Assembly: GCA_018971045.1 (NCBI GenBank)
Contig: JAGWVF010000003.1
Span: 42,793-106,792, forward strand
DNA from: Patescibacteria group bacterium
Lineage (GTDB): Bacteria > Patescibacteriota > Minisyncoccia > Phycocordibacterales > Phycocordibacteraceae
Reading direction: 5' to 3'
Length of the DNA stretch: 64,000 bases
How positions within the stretch are numbered: the first letter of the stretch is position 1; every line of letters starts with the position of its first letter. Position numbers and translations under genes: made by a program. This document shows, piece by piece, positions 38,640 through 49,613 of the stretch. Below the pieces are notes generated by a model. The model saw only the letters and a program-made list of their open reading frames with translations, did not search any database and was not told the DNA's origin.

Positions 38640-39236
38640 TTAACGCTTGGAAGCAATAATATCAAATACGTGCCAAAACTTATCCGGGCCAGTTGCCGTG
38701 GGACGAATGCCTTTCTTTTCGAGAAGCTTGTGTATCACATAAGAAGAAAAAAGTGACTTGACTTGCTCTCTTGTATGGAAGCTCATATCTGTGCGCTTTG
38801 ACCATTCGTCCTCTGGACCAAATAACTGACCCACAAACACACCATCTTCTTTTAGGGAAGAGGTCATACTCGCAAATACATCTGCAAAAGTCTCGGGGTT
38901 ATTAAATGGTAACGAGTATCGCGCGTTTATCAAAATAAAATGATTGGGAGGAAATGGAAAATTATCGAACTTGGTTATTTCAAGATCAATAGGATCCCTG
39001 TCTTGAAGCAAATATTGCTTAACGTCTGGATTTGAATCCACAGCTGTAACTGTGTATCCAAGACTTGAAAGATAATAGGCTTCATTCAACGCTCCGGCTC
39101 CCAAATCGAGTACCGGACCGTCTCCTTGAACATACAATAACGCCTCGACCAATAATTTGCTTGGTTGATTATTTGCGGTTTTTGCGAGATATTCTTTCCA
39201 CACCACTACTACAATTCTATCCGAAAATCGGAGCAA
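38640..39236 (-). CDS. class I SAM-dependent methyltransferase (TehB-like small MTase)
   Basis: Motif I VLDLGAGALNEAYYLSSLGYTVTAVD; 198 aa. Confidence 0.65.
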   Translation of the reverse strand: MLRFSDRIVVVVWKEYLAKTANNQPSKLLVEALLYVQGDGPVLDLGAGALNEAYYLSSLGYTVTAVDSNPDVKQYLLQDRDPIDLEITKFDNFPFPPNHFILINARYSLPFNNPETFADVFASMTSSLKEDGVFVGQLFGPEDEWSKRTDMSFHTREQVKSLFSSYVIHKLLEKKGIRPTATGPDKFWHVFDIIASKR

Positions 39237-39295
39237 AAAGAAGCCCTCGCAACAAGCGAGGGCAATTACCTAAGACTCTCTGAAGAAATGTGTGT

Positions 39296-39730
39296 TCAGT
39301 TGTTCGTCACGGATGTCGGTCTTGAGTCAAGTTCATCCGGCGACCACCACGCACAGGATGACTGGGAGCAGCAATCGGCATTGAGATTTCCGAAGCGCTT
39401 CACATTCATCGCCGGATCGGGATTCGGCACATGATGCAAGAACTGGCCGAAATTTTCCTTGCAGAACGCCTCGTATTCGCGAGTGTGCAGGATATGGGCA
39501 TGCCATACCTCGTCACCATCAAGCGGCGGCAGAACGTACAGGTTGCGGTTCGCGCTGATGTAGGCCAGGTATTCCCGATATTCAGCGAGTGCCGCACCGA
39601 TACGCTCTTGCGACCAGTCTGGGTGGTCTTTCGCAACACGGACCGCCACAAAAGAAAGATCGGCGGACATGATGGCAGCTGCAGAACTTCTGGCGCTACT
39701 GATAGACGCCAATGAGATTTCGCTTTTCAT
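39296..39730 (-). CDS. hypothetical protein
   Basis: 144 aa; His/Cys/Trp-containing C-terminal half (WHAHILHTREYEAFC...CCSQSSCAWW); no family recognised. Confidence 0.35.
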   Translation of the reverse strand: MKSEISLASISSARSSAAAIMSADLSFVAVRVAKDHPDWSQERIGAALAEYREYLAYISANRNLYVLPPLDGDEVWHAHILHTREYEAFCKENFGQFLHHVPNPDPAMNVKRFGNLNADCCSQSSCAWWSPDELDSRPTSVTNN

Positions 39731-39923
39731 AACAAAGATCCTTTTCTAGCTAGAGTTGAAGAGAACGGTCTGGAGCACGTCTACTCCAGAGACAACAATA
39801 GCACAGAAGTTACCTATGAATCAACTGTACGGAAATCATTTTGCGCATAATTGCAACACGGAACTGAGCCGAATACGAGAATAGGAATCGAACTGGATAT
39901 ATGTTGTAAATGCTACGTAGCAG

Positions 39924-39957
39924 AAAAAGCGCTCTACGTATGTAGGCGCTTTTTCTG
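39924..39957 (-). terminator. bidirectional Rho-independent terminator downstream of tRNA(CAT)
   Basis: aaaaagcgc-tctacgtatgtag-gcgcttttt: 9-bp stem with A/T tracts on both sides. Confidence 0.55.
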
Positions 39958-40026
39958 GTGATTATGGGGACCGGTACAGTACCCGTTTTGACGGGCGTCG
40001 GTACTGGTTCCTGGCGTCACAACCGT
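39958..40026 (+). repeat. intergenic hairpin repeat, copy R3 (diverged), overlapping the 3' end of tRNA(CAT)
   Basis: ggggaccggtacagtacccgttttgacgggcgtcggtactggttcctggcgtcacaaccgtgttgcggggg; 3' 30 nt identical to R1; hairpin arm shows compensatory changes relative to R1/R2. Confidence 0.65.
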
Positions 40027-40088
40027 GTTGCGGGGGCCGGAATCGAACCGGCGTCTGGAGGTTATGAGCCTCCCGAGGTACCTCTCCT
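40018..40088 (-). tRNA. tRNA-Met(CAU), initiator-like (fMet) features
   Basis: Manual cloverleaf: acceptor AGCGGGG/CCCCGCA with A1xA72 mismatch, U8 A9, D-stem GAGG/CCTC with A11:U24, anticodon stem GGAGG/CCTCC, loop CUCAUAA, 4-nt variable, T-arm GCCGG-TTCGATT-CCGGC, discriminator A; CCA not encoded. Confidence 0.65.
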
Positions 40089-40471
40089 CTACCCCGCTTT
40101 ATACGCCGCGGATTTCCGCAGCTTCTTCATTATACACAGCGGCACCCTTGCGGCAACCTGAGACACACGGAGCGGCGACTGCAGTCGCCGCTCTTTTGTC
40201 ACGCCTCTTCAAGTTTCCTCCTTGATTTCTCCTCTTCCTGAATGGCTTTGTTCAACCGCTTCAGCGAATCGCAGAAGGGCGAGACACACAAGAGGATGAC
40301 GAATCCTAGAGCGATCACGAATGGCGCGAAACAAATCGCCATGACTAAACCGATATACTTGAGAGCCTTCACTACCGTCTCCTTTCAGGCGAATAGACAT
40401 GCGCTGTCATCAACGCATACGCGTACAGTACAATGGAGTCGCGAGCGCGTCAAAGGCGCGGCGGCTCGAGA

Positions 40472-41065
40472 TTATGAAACGACTTTAAACTCCCGAAAGA
40501 CGGTCTCGTAGCGGGCGATCGTGCGTCGCGCGAGCTGTTCGGTAAGGTCGAACCGCGATCCCTCGTGCGCGATCTGGTTACGTACCTTATGCGCCTCCCA
40601 GGCGTCTTGGATCGAGCTGAAGTTCACGTGATCCGCGTTCTTGAGCTTGTCGCTTACGCTCTCGCCCGCATAGCCCGCGCGAGTGAGCGTCTCGTCGAGA
40701 AGGATATCGGCCTCGATGATCGCTTCGCGCCACTCGCTCGGACTCGAGCCCTCGGAGAGTTCCTTGATGTGCTCCCATCGCGGGTGGCCGCCGGCCTCGG
40801 CATCGGGCGCTAAGATAACGGTGCCGTAATATTCCTCTTCGCGCTTTCGCAATTCGAAGATCCGGACGGTCGAATAGATAATCATAAAAAGCCCGATGAT
40901 CGAGAGCGCGTATCCGATATAAATAATCCACATCCAGATCTGCGCGAGAAGCGCGAGAAGCGGCGCGAGGTTTGGCGAGCCGTAACAGCCGCCGTGCATG
41001 CAGTCATACAGCAGGCGGAAAAAGTACTCGACGTTCGCCTGTTCAGCCGTCGTTCCAGAATTCAT
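40472..41065 (-). CDS. hypothetical membrane protein
   Basis: 197-aa ORF in high-GC host-like composition; 2 TM helices then a charged cytoplasmic domain; true start may be internal. Confidence 0.3.
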   Translation of the reverse strand: MNSGTTAEQANVEYFFRLLYDCMHGGCYGSPNLAPLLALLAQIWMWIIYIGYALSIIGLFMIIYSTVRIFELRKREEEYYGTVILAPDAEAGGHPRWEHIKELSEGSSPSEWREAIIEADILLDETLTRAGYAGESVSDKLKNADHVNFSSIQDAWEAHKVRNQIAHEGSRFDLTEQLARRTIARYETVFREFKVVS

Positions 41066-41088
41066 CGTATCCAGTATAATCGATAGAT

Positions 41089-42537
41089 CTACGCCGTGCG
41101 GAGTTTCTCAACTGCCGCACCCGCCGTAAAGAGCCTCTCTTCAGCCTGATGCGGCACCGTGAAGTGAATGCCGATCGGAAGCGGCTTCCCTTCCCGTGGA
41201 AGGGTGCCCATGGGAACCGAGATCGCCGGCATCCCCGTGAGATTGGCCGTAACGGTAAACACGTCTTCAAGATAGAGCGAGAGCGGATCGGCCTTCGCTC
41301 CGATCGTGAATGCGGGCGTCGGCATCGTCGGCGTCGCGATAATATCAACCGACTCGAAGGCCTGTTCGTATTCGCGGCGCAGAGCGGCCCGCGCGGCGTG
41401 CGCCTTGCGGTAATACGCGTCAATGTATCCCGACGAGAGGACGAAGGTACCGAGCACGATGCGCCGCTTCGTCTCTCTGCCGAACCCTTCGGTGCGCGAG
41501 CGCAGATAATCGTCAAGCAGCGTCTCTCCGCGCACGGAGCGTCCGTAGCGGATACCGTCGAAGCGCGCGAGATTGGCCGACACTTCGGCGAAATTGATGA
41601 TGTAGTAAGCGGCGAGCGCCGGCTTCGCCGACGGGATATCAATGTCCTTGACGGCGTATCCGAGCGATTGGATCGTCGTCCGAAATCGCTCGAGCATGTC
41701 CGCGTCGATGCCTTCTGCGAGAAATCTCGCGGGAATACCAACGGTCTTGATTCCCTCCGATCGTCTCGGATAGAGTTCATCGGGGATGCTCGTCGAATCC
41801 ATCGGGTCGCGTCCGCGGATCGCGTCAAGAAGAATGCGCGCATCGGCGACGCTCTTCGCGATCGGTCCGACTTGATCAAAGGATGACGCGGCGGCGATAA
41901 CGCCCGATCGGGAGACTGCGCCATAGGTCGGCTTCAAACCGACGACGCCGCAGAAGCTCGCCGGATTGCGAACCGAACCGCCGGTGTCGGTGCCGAGTCC
42001 CGCGATCGCCATATGCGCCGAGACGGCCGCCGCCGAGCCTCCCGAGGTCCCGCCCGCTACCCGCGTCACGTCATGCGGGTTCTTCGTGACGCCGAAGGCG
42101 GAATGTTCGGTCGATCCGCCGAGCGCGAATTCGTCCATATTCGTGCGTCCGACAAAGAGCGCGCCTGCCTGCCTCAATTTCCGGATAACCGTCGCGTCGT
42201 AGGTCGCCCGATAATTCTCGAGCATCCTGGAGGCCGCGCTCGCGATCTTCCCGTCTATTAAAATATTGTCTTTGACGGCGAGCGGAATGCCGCAGAGGAG
42301 CGGCGCGTCCGCGCCTTCGGTGTCGATGCGCCGCTGTGCCGCGGCGATGGCCGCTTCATCGGCGTCAAAAATCTCAAGAAAAGCGTGAAGTAACGGATTC
42401 TTCTCCTGCGCGGCCGCCGCGCACGCGTCCCAGAGCTCGCGCACCGTCACTTCGCGCGCGCGGAGCAAGCGCGCCGCTTCAGCGATCGTGAGTTCATTCG
42501 GCCGGAGGTTTCGAGTTTTTTCTGGGAAATCAGTCAT
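41089..42537 (-). CDS. gatA: aspartyl/glutamyl-tRNA(Asn/Gln) amidotransferase subunit A
   Basis: 482 aa; amidase signature family (GGSSGGSAAAVSA..., catalytic Ser-cisSer-Lys layout). Confidence 0.9.
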   Translation of the reverse strand: MTDFPEKTRNLRPNELTIAEAARLLRAREVTVRELWDACAAAAQEKNPLLHAFLEIFDADEAAIAAAQRRIDTEGADAPLLCGIPLAVKDNILIDGKIASAASRMLENYRATYDATVIRKLRQAGALFVGRTNMDEFALGGSTEHSAFGVTKNPHDVTRVAGGTSGGSAAAVSAHMAIAGLGTDTGGSVRNPASFCGVVGLKPTYGAVSRSGVIAAASSFDQVGPIAKSVADARILLDAIRGRDPMDSTSIPDELYPRRSEGIKTVGIPARFLAEGIDADMLERFRTTIQSLGYAVKDIDIPSAKPALAAYYIINFAEVSANLARFDGIRYGRSVRGETLLDDYLRSRTEGFGRETKRRIVLGTFVLSSGYIDAYYRKAHAARAALRREYEQAFESVDIIATPTMPTPAFTIGAKADPLSLYLEDVFTVTANLTGMPAISVPMGTLPREGKPLPIGIHFTVPHQAEERLFTAGAAVEKLRTA

Positions 42538-42823
42538 GGGAAATGATCTGCTTTACCGAAAGAGCATCTCCCTTGCGCGCCGGAAATTGTTCGGCGATTT
42601 TTTCCGTATACGCCCTCGCCTCGTGCGGACGCTCGTCATCGCGCAGCACGTTATAGAGCGCCGGCTTCTCAGCGCGCCCGTCAAGCGCTATCTCAAGCGA
42701 CTCGAGCTGTCCGACATACGCCACGATCGCGTCGAATTCACGAGTAAACGCTTCCAGTTCGGCTTCGTCGACTGAGATCCGCGCGAGAGCCGCGAGCTTC
42801 TTCACCTCTTCTTTCGTCGCCAT
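42530..42823 (-). CDS. gatC: aspartyl/glutamyl-tRNA amidotransferase subunit C
   Basis: 97 aa; KEEVKKLAALARISVDEAELEAF N-terminal GatC pattern; 8-bp overlap with gatA. Confidence 0.85.
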   Translation of the reverse strand: MATKEEVKKLAALARISVDEAELEAFTREFDAIVAYVGQLESLEIALDGRAEKPALYNVLRDDERPHEARAYTEKIAEQFPARKGDALSVKQIISHD

Positions 42824-42835
42824 GGCTAGACTGTA

Positions 42836-45358
<2,523 letters not shown>

Positions 45359-45368
<10 letters not shown>

Positions 45369-45937
45369 GGCGTGAGATGATCGCTCGTGGTTACGGAATA
45401 GGGCGATCCGTGAAAATTCCACGTTACGGTTGACGTAATAAGCTCATCGGTCGGCGTCACCGCGGCCGCCTGAATCGATCGGGTAAAGAACGGCTGGACG
45501 TCCGCAATAATTTTTTGCGTGTAGACTTGTGTGTCTGGATCCAAATACAAGGGACCGCAGGGCTGGTTCAAGCCACAACTGGCAATTTGCTGTGCCAGAG
45601 GAGCTTCCGGATCAAGGGTACACATTCCTGGACTGATACACGGCTCGATCGAGTTCGGATCGCCGAGCCCGCCTGTAAGGAAACCGGAATTTCCGTTGTT
45701 ACTCCACGCGTCCGCGGACGCGTTCGGATTTCCCGATACGTACTGCCTCAGGTATTCATTATCGCGCATCATGCGCACGTACTCGATGCCCTCTTGGGCG
45801 AGATACGACGCGACAAGCTGATTCTTCGCGTTACTCGCGACGATCATACTGCGGCTCGCGGTATAGAGTGGCGCGCTGATCGCGATCGCGATAATCGCCA
45901 CCGCGACGAGAGCTTCGATGAGAGTAAATCCTTTCAT
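45359..45937 (-). CDS. type IV minor pilin (prepilin-type N-terminal domain)
   Basis: MKGFTLIEALVAVAIIAI class III signal with Gly-1/Glu+5. Confidence 0.65.
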
Positions 45938-45944
45938 ACGCTCA

Positions 45945-46496
45945 TTATAGGTCAGAACCGCGCATCGCCGCCGACGTCTCGAGATAGAGAGTCAATGGCG
46001 GAGTCGAAGGGCCGGTCGACACGCTGCCCTTGATAAGGATAAGAACATAGGGCTGTCGGGCATCGCGCGATGCCGCCGGAGCCGTACCGGATACGTAGAA
46101 CGTGAGCGATTTCACATCGACGGTCGTCGTATCAGTCAGCGGATTGCCGTTCTGCGTGATATATCCAATGCCATTAGCAACGGTTCTTCCAAAGGTAACG
46201 TCCTGTCCGACGCCGCCAATGAAGCTGTGAACCTTGAATACGGTGCCCGATGGGTTGTTGCAATCTCCGACTCCGTTACAAGAATACTGGGTTCCGCTAC
46301 GGATCGTGCGCGTCATCGTCTCAAGCGCGAAGGAGAGATTATCAATGCCGACTGCCTCCGCCTGGGCCTGACGATTCAAGTTAATCATGATGAGATACGC
46401 GCCTGCGGCGAGCAGAAGCACGATGGCGAAGAGCCCGAGCGAGACGATGAGCTCGACCAGCGTGAACCCCTTCGATTTTCGTGAGGCTATTGACAT
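45945..46496 (-). CDS. type IV minor pilin (PilW/PilV-like)
   Basis: SKGFTLVELIVSLGLFAIV prepilin signal. Confidence 0.65.
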   Translation of the reverse strand: MSIASRKSKGFTLVELIVSLGLFAIVLLLAAGAYLIMINLNRQAQAEAVGIDNLSFALETMTRTIRSGTQYSCNGVGDCNNPSGTVFKVHSFIGGVGQDVTFGRTVANGIGYITQNGNPLTDTTTVDVKSLTFYVSGTAPAASRDARQPYVLILIKGSVSTGPSTPPLTLYLETSAAMRGSDL

Positions 46497-47128
46497 ATGT
46501 TGTTAGGCGCGGTATAATTAACATTAATAAGTCCGGAAGCGCTCACCTTAATATACCGGCTATTCCCTTGCGGCGCCGTAAGCCTCAAACACGCGGAAGT
46601 ATCCTTGTGCGACGTATCGCCATTCACCACAACCGTCGTGACCATATTCGGCCGCGCGAACGAGATGTCGAGCGTATTAACGGCATCCGTACTGCATTGA
46701 CCGGAATCGGTGTCGCAGAACTTGTCTATGGTGATATTGTTCCCGAGCGTGTAGGTTTGATACCTCACATCCGCTCCGTCAGTGTACGCGCCGTCTCCCG
46801 GCCTACAGGTGGGCAGGCTCCCAGCGTTGCACGACTGACCTCCCGCCGTATCGGCAAAGATGAAAAAGGTGCTTGTATTTCCATTTCCTCTAACAAAATG
46901 AAGGCCGAAGGCGACGTTCGGATTCGAGCTGGCGAATCGGCTGCTGATCCCGAACCCCTCCGCCGAACGAATCGTGAGCGCCACGTCGTAGGCGGTGTTG
47001 GCGAGTATCAGCGTCTTATTAAACGTGCCCTGATTCACCATCGCGATGACGGTGATGATGCCGATGATCCCCAGCACCACCAGAAGTTCGATCAGCGAAT
47101 AGCCGCGACGAAGAGAAAGGGATTCCAT
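46487..47128 (-). CDS. FimT/GspH-like pseudopilin
   Basis: RRGYSLIELLVVLGIIGIITVIAMV prepilin signal; size and Cys pair typical of GspH/FimT. Confidence 0.6.
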   Translation of the reverse strand: MESLSLRRGYSLIELLVVLGIIGIITVIAMVNQGTFNKTLILANTAYDVALTIRSAEGFGISSRFASSNPNVAFGLHFVRGNGNTSTFFIFADTAGGQSCNAGSLPTCRPGDGAYTDGADVRYQTYTLGNNITIDKFCDTDSGQCSTDAVNTLDISFARPNMVTTVVVNGDTSHKDTSACLRLTAPQGNSRYIKVSASGLINVNYTAPNNICQ

Positions 47129-47856
47129 TGGGTGAAATAGGCGAGGAGGAAGCCGGCCGCGAGAAAGGGCGCGAAAGGAACCTCAACTCCCATTCTAGAT
47201 CCTCGAGGCCTCCTCGCCAAGATCGCGATACCAACAGCCGCTCCGATCCAAAACGAGAAGAGGAAGCCCGCGGCGGCGGCCGGTCCGACCAGGAGCGCAC
47301 AGCCGAGAACAAACGGCGCATCCGCGAAGCCCATCGCCCGCCCTCGCGAGAAAAAATGGATGCTTCCGATAAATAACGCGAGGAAGGAGGCGATCTCGAT
47401 AGCCGTGATAAAGTCTTCCAACGACGGCGTGAGCATCCAGCCGGCCGCGGCGCTCGCCGCCACGAAGAACCAGAGCGGCAGGGTCGGCAGAATCTGGTGC
47501 CTGCCGTCATAGAGCACCAAGAGCGCCATGAGAGATAAAGCGATTAAAAAGAACGGGAGCGCAGGCGAGAGGCCGATCCGCAAATAGGAAAGAAGGAAGA
47601 GTCCTCCAAGTAAAATCTCGGAAAACGGGGCGTAGAAAGACATTAAGGCTCCGCAACAGCCCGCCCGCCCGCCCGCGGCAATAAAGGAGACTATCGGCAC
47701 CAGCGAGCGGGGCGGCAATATCGCCGAGCACGCGTCGCAACGGGATCGCCCATATACAAAGCTCTGGCCGGTATGCATCCGCGCCGCAACGACGCCGATG
47801 AAGCTCGCCGCAACAGCGCCGAGAAGAAAGAATACCGCGGCGAGGAGGCCAGTCAT
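47092..47856 (-). CDS. pilD: prepilin peptidase (A24 family)
   Basis: 254 aa polytopic; N-terminal Zn-binding CxxC pair (CDAC), DGR catalytic Asp region. Confidence 0.75.
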   Translation of the reverse strand: MTGLLAAVFFLLGAVAASFIGVVAARMHTGQSFVYGRSRCDACSAILPPRSLVPIVSFIAAGGRAGCCGALMSFYAPFSEILLGGLFLLSYLRIGLSPALPFFLIALSLMALLVLYDGRHQILPTLPLWFFVAASAAAGWMLTPSLEDFITAIEIASFLALFIGSIHFFSRGRAMGFADAPFVLGCALLVGPAAAAGFLFSFWIGAAVGIAILARRPRGSRMGVEVPFAPFLAAGFLLAYFTQWNPFLFVAAIR

Positions 47857-47900
47857 CTCTCAATCATAGCAGACCTTCTCGGCAAAACCGCCCGCGCTCA

Positions 47901-48401
47901 TTAATTAGTCGAATCGCACGCCCCGCACGAGGCTCCGACAAGCAAATTTGAATTTACGCCGCAGTTATGATTCTCACTGTCAACGCACCAATAGGTCGAG
48001 GGCGGCGCCGGATTTATCGGGCGAGTAACCGCTACGGAAAATCCGGTATCATTAGCAAGACACATCGCGGTACCTCCTCCAGAATCAACCACTGCGGCCG
48101 CGATGGCATTCTCGATCGTACTGTCATAAACTACGCTCGGTCCTTGGGCTCCGGGCAACGGACACTGCAGGGGAATCCCGTTCCCGTCTCCGAACGTTCC
48201 GAATGAACTGCCGTTGTCCGAATAATAAATCGCTCCCTGCGTCTGCACCGAGTGCAGATTTGATTTAATGCCGGCGTCGCTCCCCTTCCCTCGAGCGGAA
48301 TTAAGAGATGCGAGCACGACTGCCGCAAGGATGCCGATAATCGCGATCACGACCAGAAGTTCGATGAGCGTAAAGCCTCGATGGAAGAGAGTCCTTCTCA
48401 T
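47901..48401 (-). CDS. pilA: type IV major pilin paralog 1
   Basis: HRGFTLIELLVVIAIIGILAAVVLASLNSAR; C-terminal Cys pair. Confidence 0.75.
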   Translation of the reverse strand: MRRTLFHRGFTLIELLVVIAIIGILAAVVLASLNSARGKGSDAGIKSNLHSVQTQGAIYYSDNGSSFGTFGDGNGIPLQCPLPGAQGPSVVYDSTIENAIAAAVVDSGGGTAMCLANDTGFSVAVTRPINPAPPSTYWCVDSENHNCGVNSNLLVGASCGACDSTN

Positions 48402-48442
48402 ATGCCGTGGATTATATCATCCCCCTACGGGGGGGAGATCGC

Positions 48443-48937
48443 TTACGAACATCTGATATTGTTCTGAAAAAGGCTCGGATCACCGCTGTAGACGCCGGAA
48501 AATCCGGTCGAGTCGATGCACCAGTAGGTCCCGTCTGAAAGCTTCGCCGCGACGACATACGCAGGCTTGGGCGCTAGTGCACTGTAACAATACATCTGGC
48601 CAACAGTCGGGCCGGAGATATTCGAGACCGCCGTAAGCGCATTCGCTATCGTGGGGTCTTTAAAAAGCGAATTATTGGCCGGACCGCCCCCTTGAACGAG
48701 AACGCACTTCCCCACCATCGACGAGCTCCCGTAGGTGTTGGCATATTGCCCGATAGCAGAGCTGGAAAAGACCTCTGCCTGTATGCGAATAGTAGCCAAA
48801 TTCGCTTTAATAGCCGTATCGTTCGCTCGCGAGCGGGCGACACTAAGAGAAGCGAGAACAATGGCAGAAAAAACACCGATGATCGCGATGACCACTAGAA
48901 GTTCAATGAGGGAGAACCCGCGTGGTGATGATTTCAT
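48443..48937 (-). CDS. pilA: type IV major pilin paralog 2
   Basis: PRGFSLIELLVVIAIIGVFSAIVLASL; start taken at MKSSPRG. Confidence 0.75.
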   Translation of the reverse strand: MKSSPRGFSLIELLVVIAIIGVFSAIVLASLSVARSRANDTAIKANLATIRIQAEVFSSSAIGQYANTYGSSSMVGKCVLVQGGGPANNSLFKDPTIANALTAVSNISGPTVGQMYCYSALAPKPAYVVAAKLSDGTYWCIDSTGFSGVYSGDPSLFQNNIRCS

Positions 48938-49034
48938 AATGCTTCTACTATACCCTGTTGACGCCACGCACTATATAGAAAGAAGTCCCCAGATGGGGAC
49001 TTCTTTGGGAAACCGTAAATGAGATGAGGTGGTA

Positions 49035-49544
49035 CTATTGGCACGTCTGGCCGTTGAGTACGGCGCCCTCTTGCTTCCCTTGTCCACTACTATCTACGCA
49101 CCAATAGGTATTGGCTGCTGACAGCGGGACCTGGATAGCCCATTGGGTTATTCGTGCGGCACCGCCACCATCATTGCCGCATCTGACATTGGTCGGAGTA
49201 GCACCTCCTGCACCACCTGACGCTTTGTCGGCAGAAGCGATAGCTTGAGCAACGGTCGTATCCGTAAAGAGGGTCTGCGCGACTGCGCACGCGGCAGCCG
49301 TACCAACCGAGGTGGCCGGGGTTGTACCGGTTTCGCTGTAGTACACACCATTACCTTTTTGATCAATGTAGATAGCTGCTTGGCTACGAATAGTATCTAG
49401 ATTCGACTTAACCGCCGCATCATTACCCTTCTGCCGCGCGCTGTTGAGCGACGCGAGCACGACCGCCGAGAGAATGCCGATGATCGCGATGACCACCAGA
49501 AGCTCAATGAGGGTGAAACCTTTGGAACGATTGTTATATATCAT
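49035..49544 (-). CDS. pilA: type IV major pilin paralog 3
   Basis: SKGFTLIELLVVIAIIGILSAVVLASLNSAR. Confidence 0.75.
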   Translation of the reverse strand: MIYNNRSKGFTLIELLVVIAIIGILSAVVLASLNSARQKGNDAAVKSNLDTIRSQAAIYIDQKGNGVYYSETGTTPATSVGTAAACAVAQTLFTDTTVAQAIASADKASGGAGGATPTNVRCGNDGGGAARITQWAIQVPLSAANTYWCVDSSGQGKQEGAVLNGQTCQ

Positions 49545-49613
49545 ATTTTATTTAGCTAATGCCTCTATTGTACGCTCTCCTGCTCTCCTCTAGGGAGGAG
49601 GGTGTGGATAAGG

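Larger units (their letters stand above)
26270..40017. other. putative mosaic genomic island (lower and heterogeneous GC, accessory gene content) bounded on the right by the 3' end of a tRNA(CAT)
   Basis: Visible drop in GC from ~62% to ~42-52% over most genes in this span; grab-bag of Fic, nucleotidyltransferase, APH, MTase, NUDIX and peptidase genes; three copies of an intergenic repeat; tRNA at 40018..40088. No integrase recognised. Confidence 0.45.

Noticed and set aside
35597-40026. Integron attC-site interpretation of the R1-R3 repeats (cassette array)
   Set aside because: No GTTRRRY / RYYYAAC core pair at the repeat ends. No intI gene or attI. The cassette orientations are mixed. Terminator/REP-like or att-remnant explanations fit better.
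40472-41065. Assigning the 197-aa membrane ORF after the tRNA to a defined family (HEPN/DUF4145-like C-terminus)
   Set aside because: Similarity is impressionistic only. No Rx4-6H motif. Left as hypothetical.
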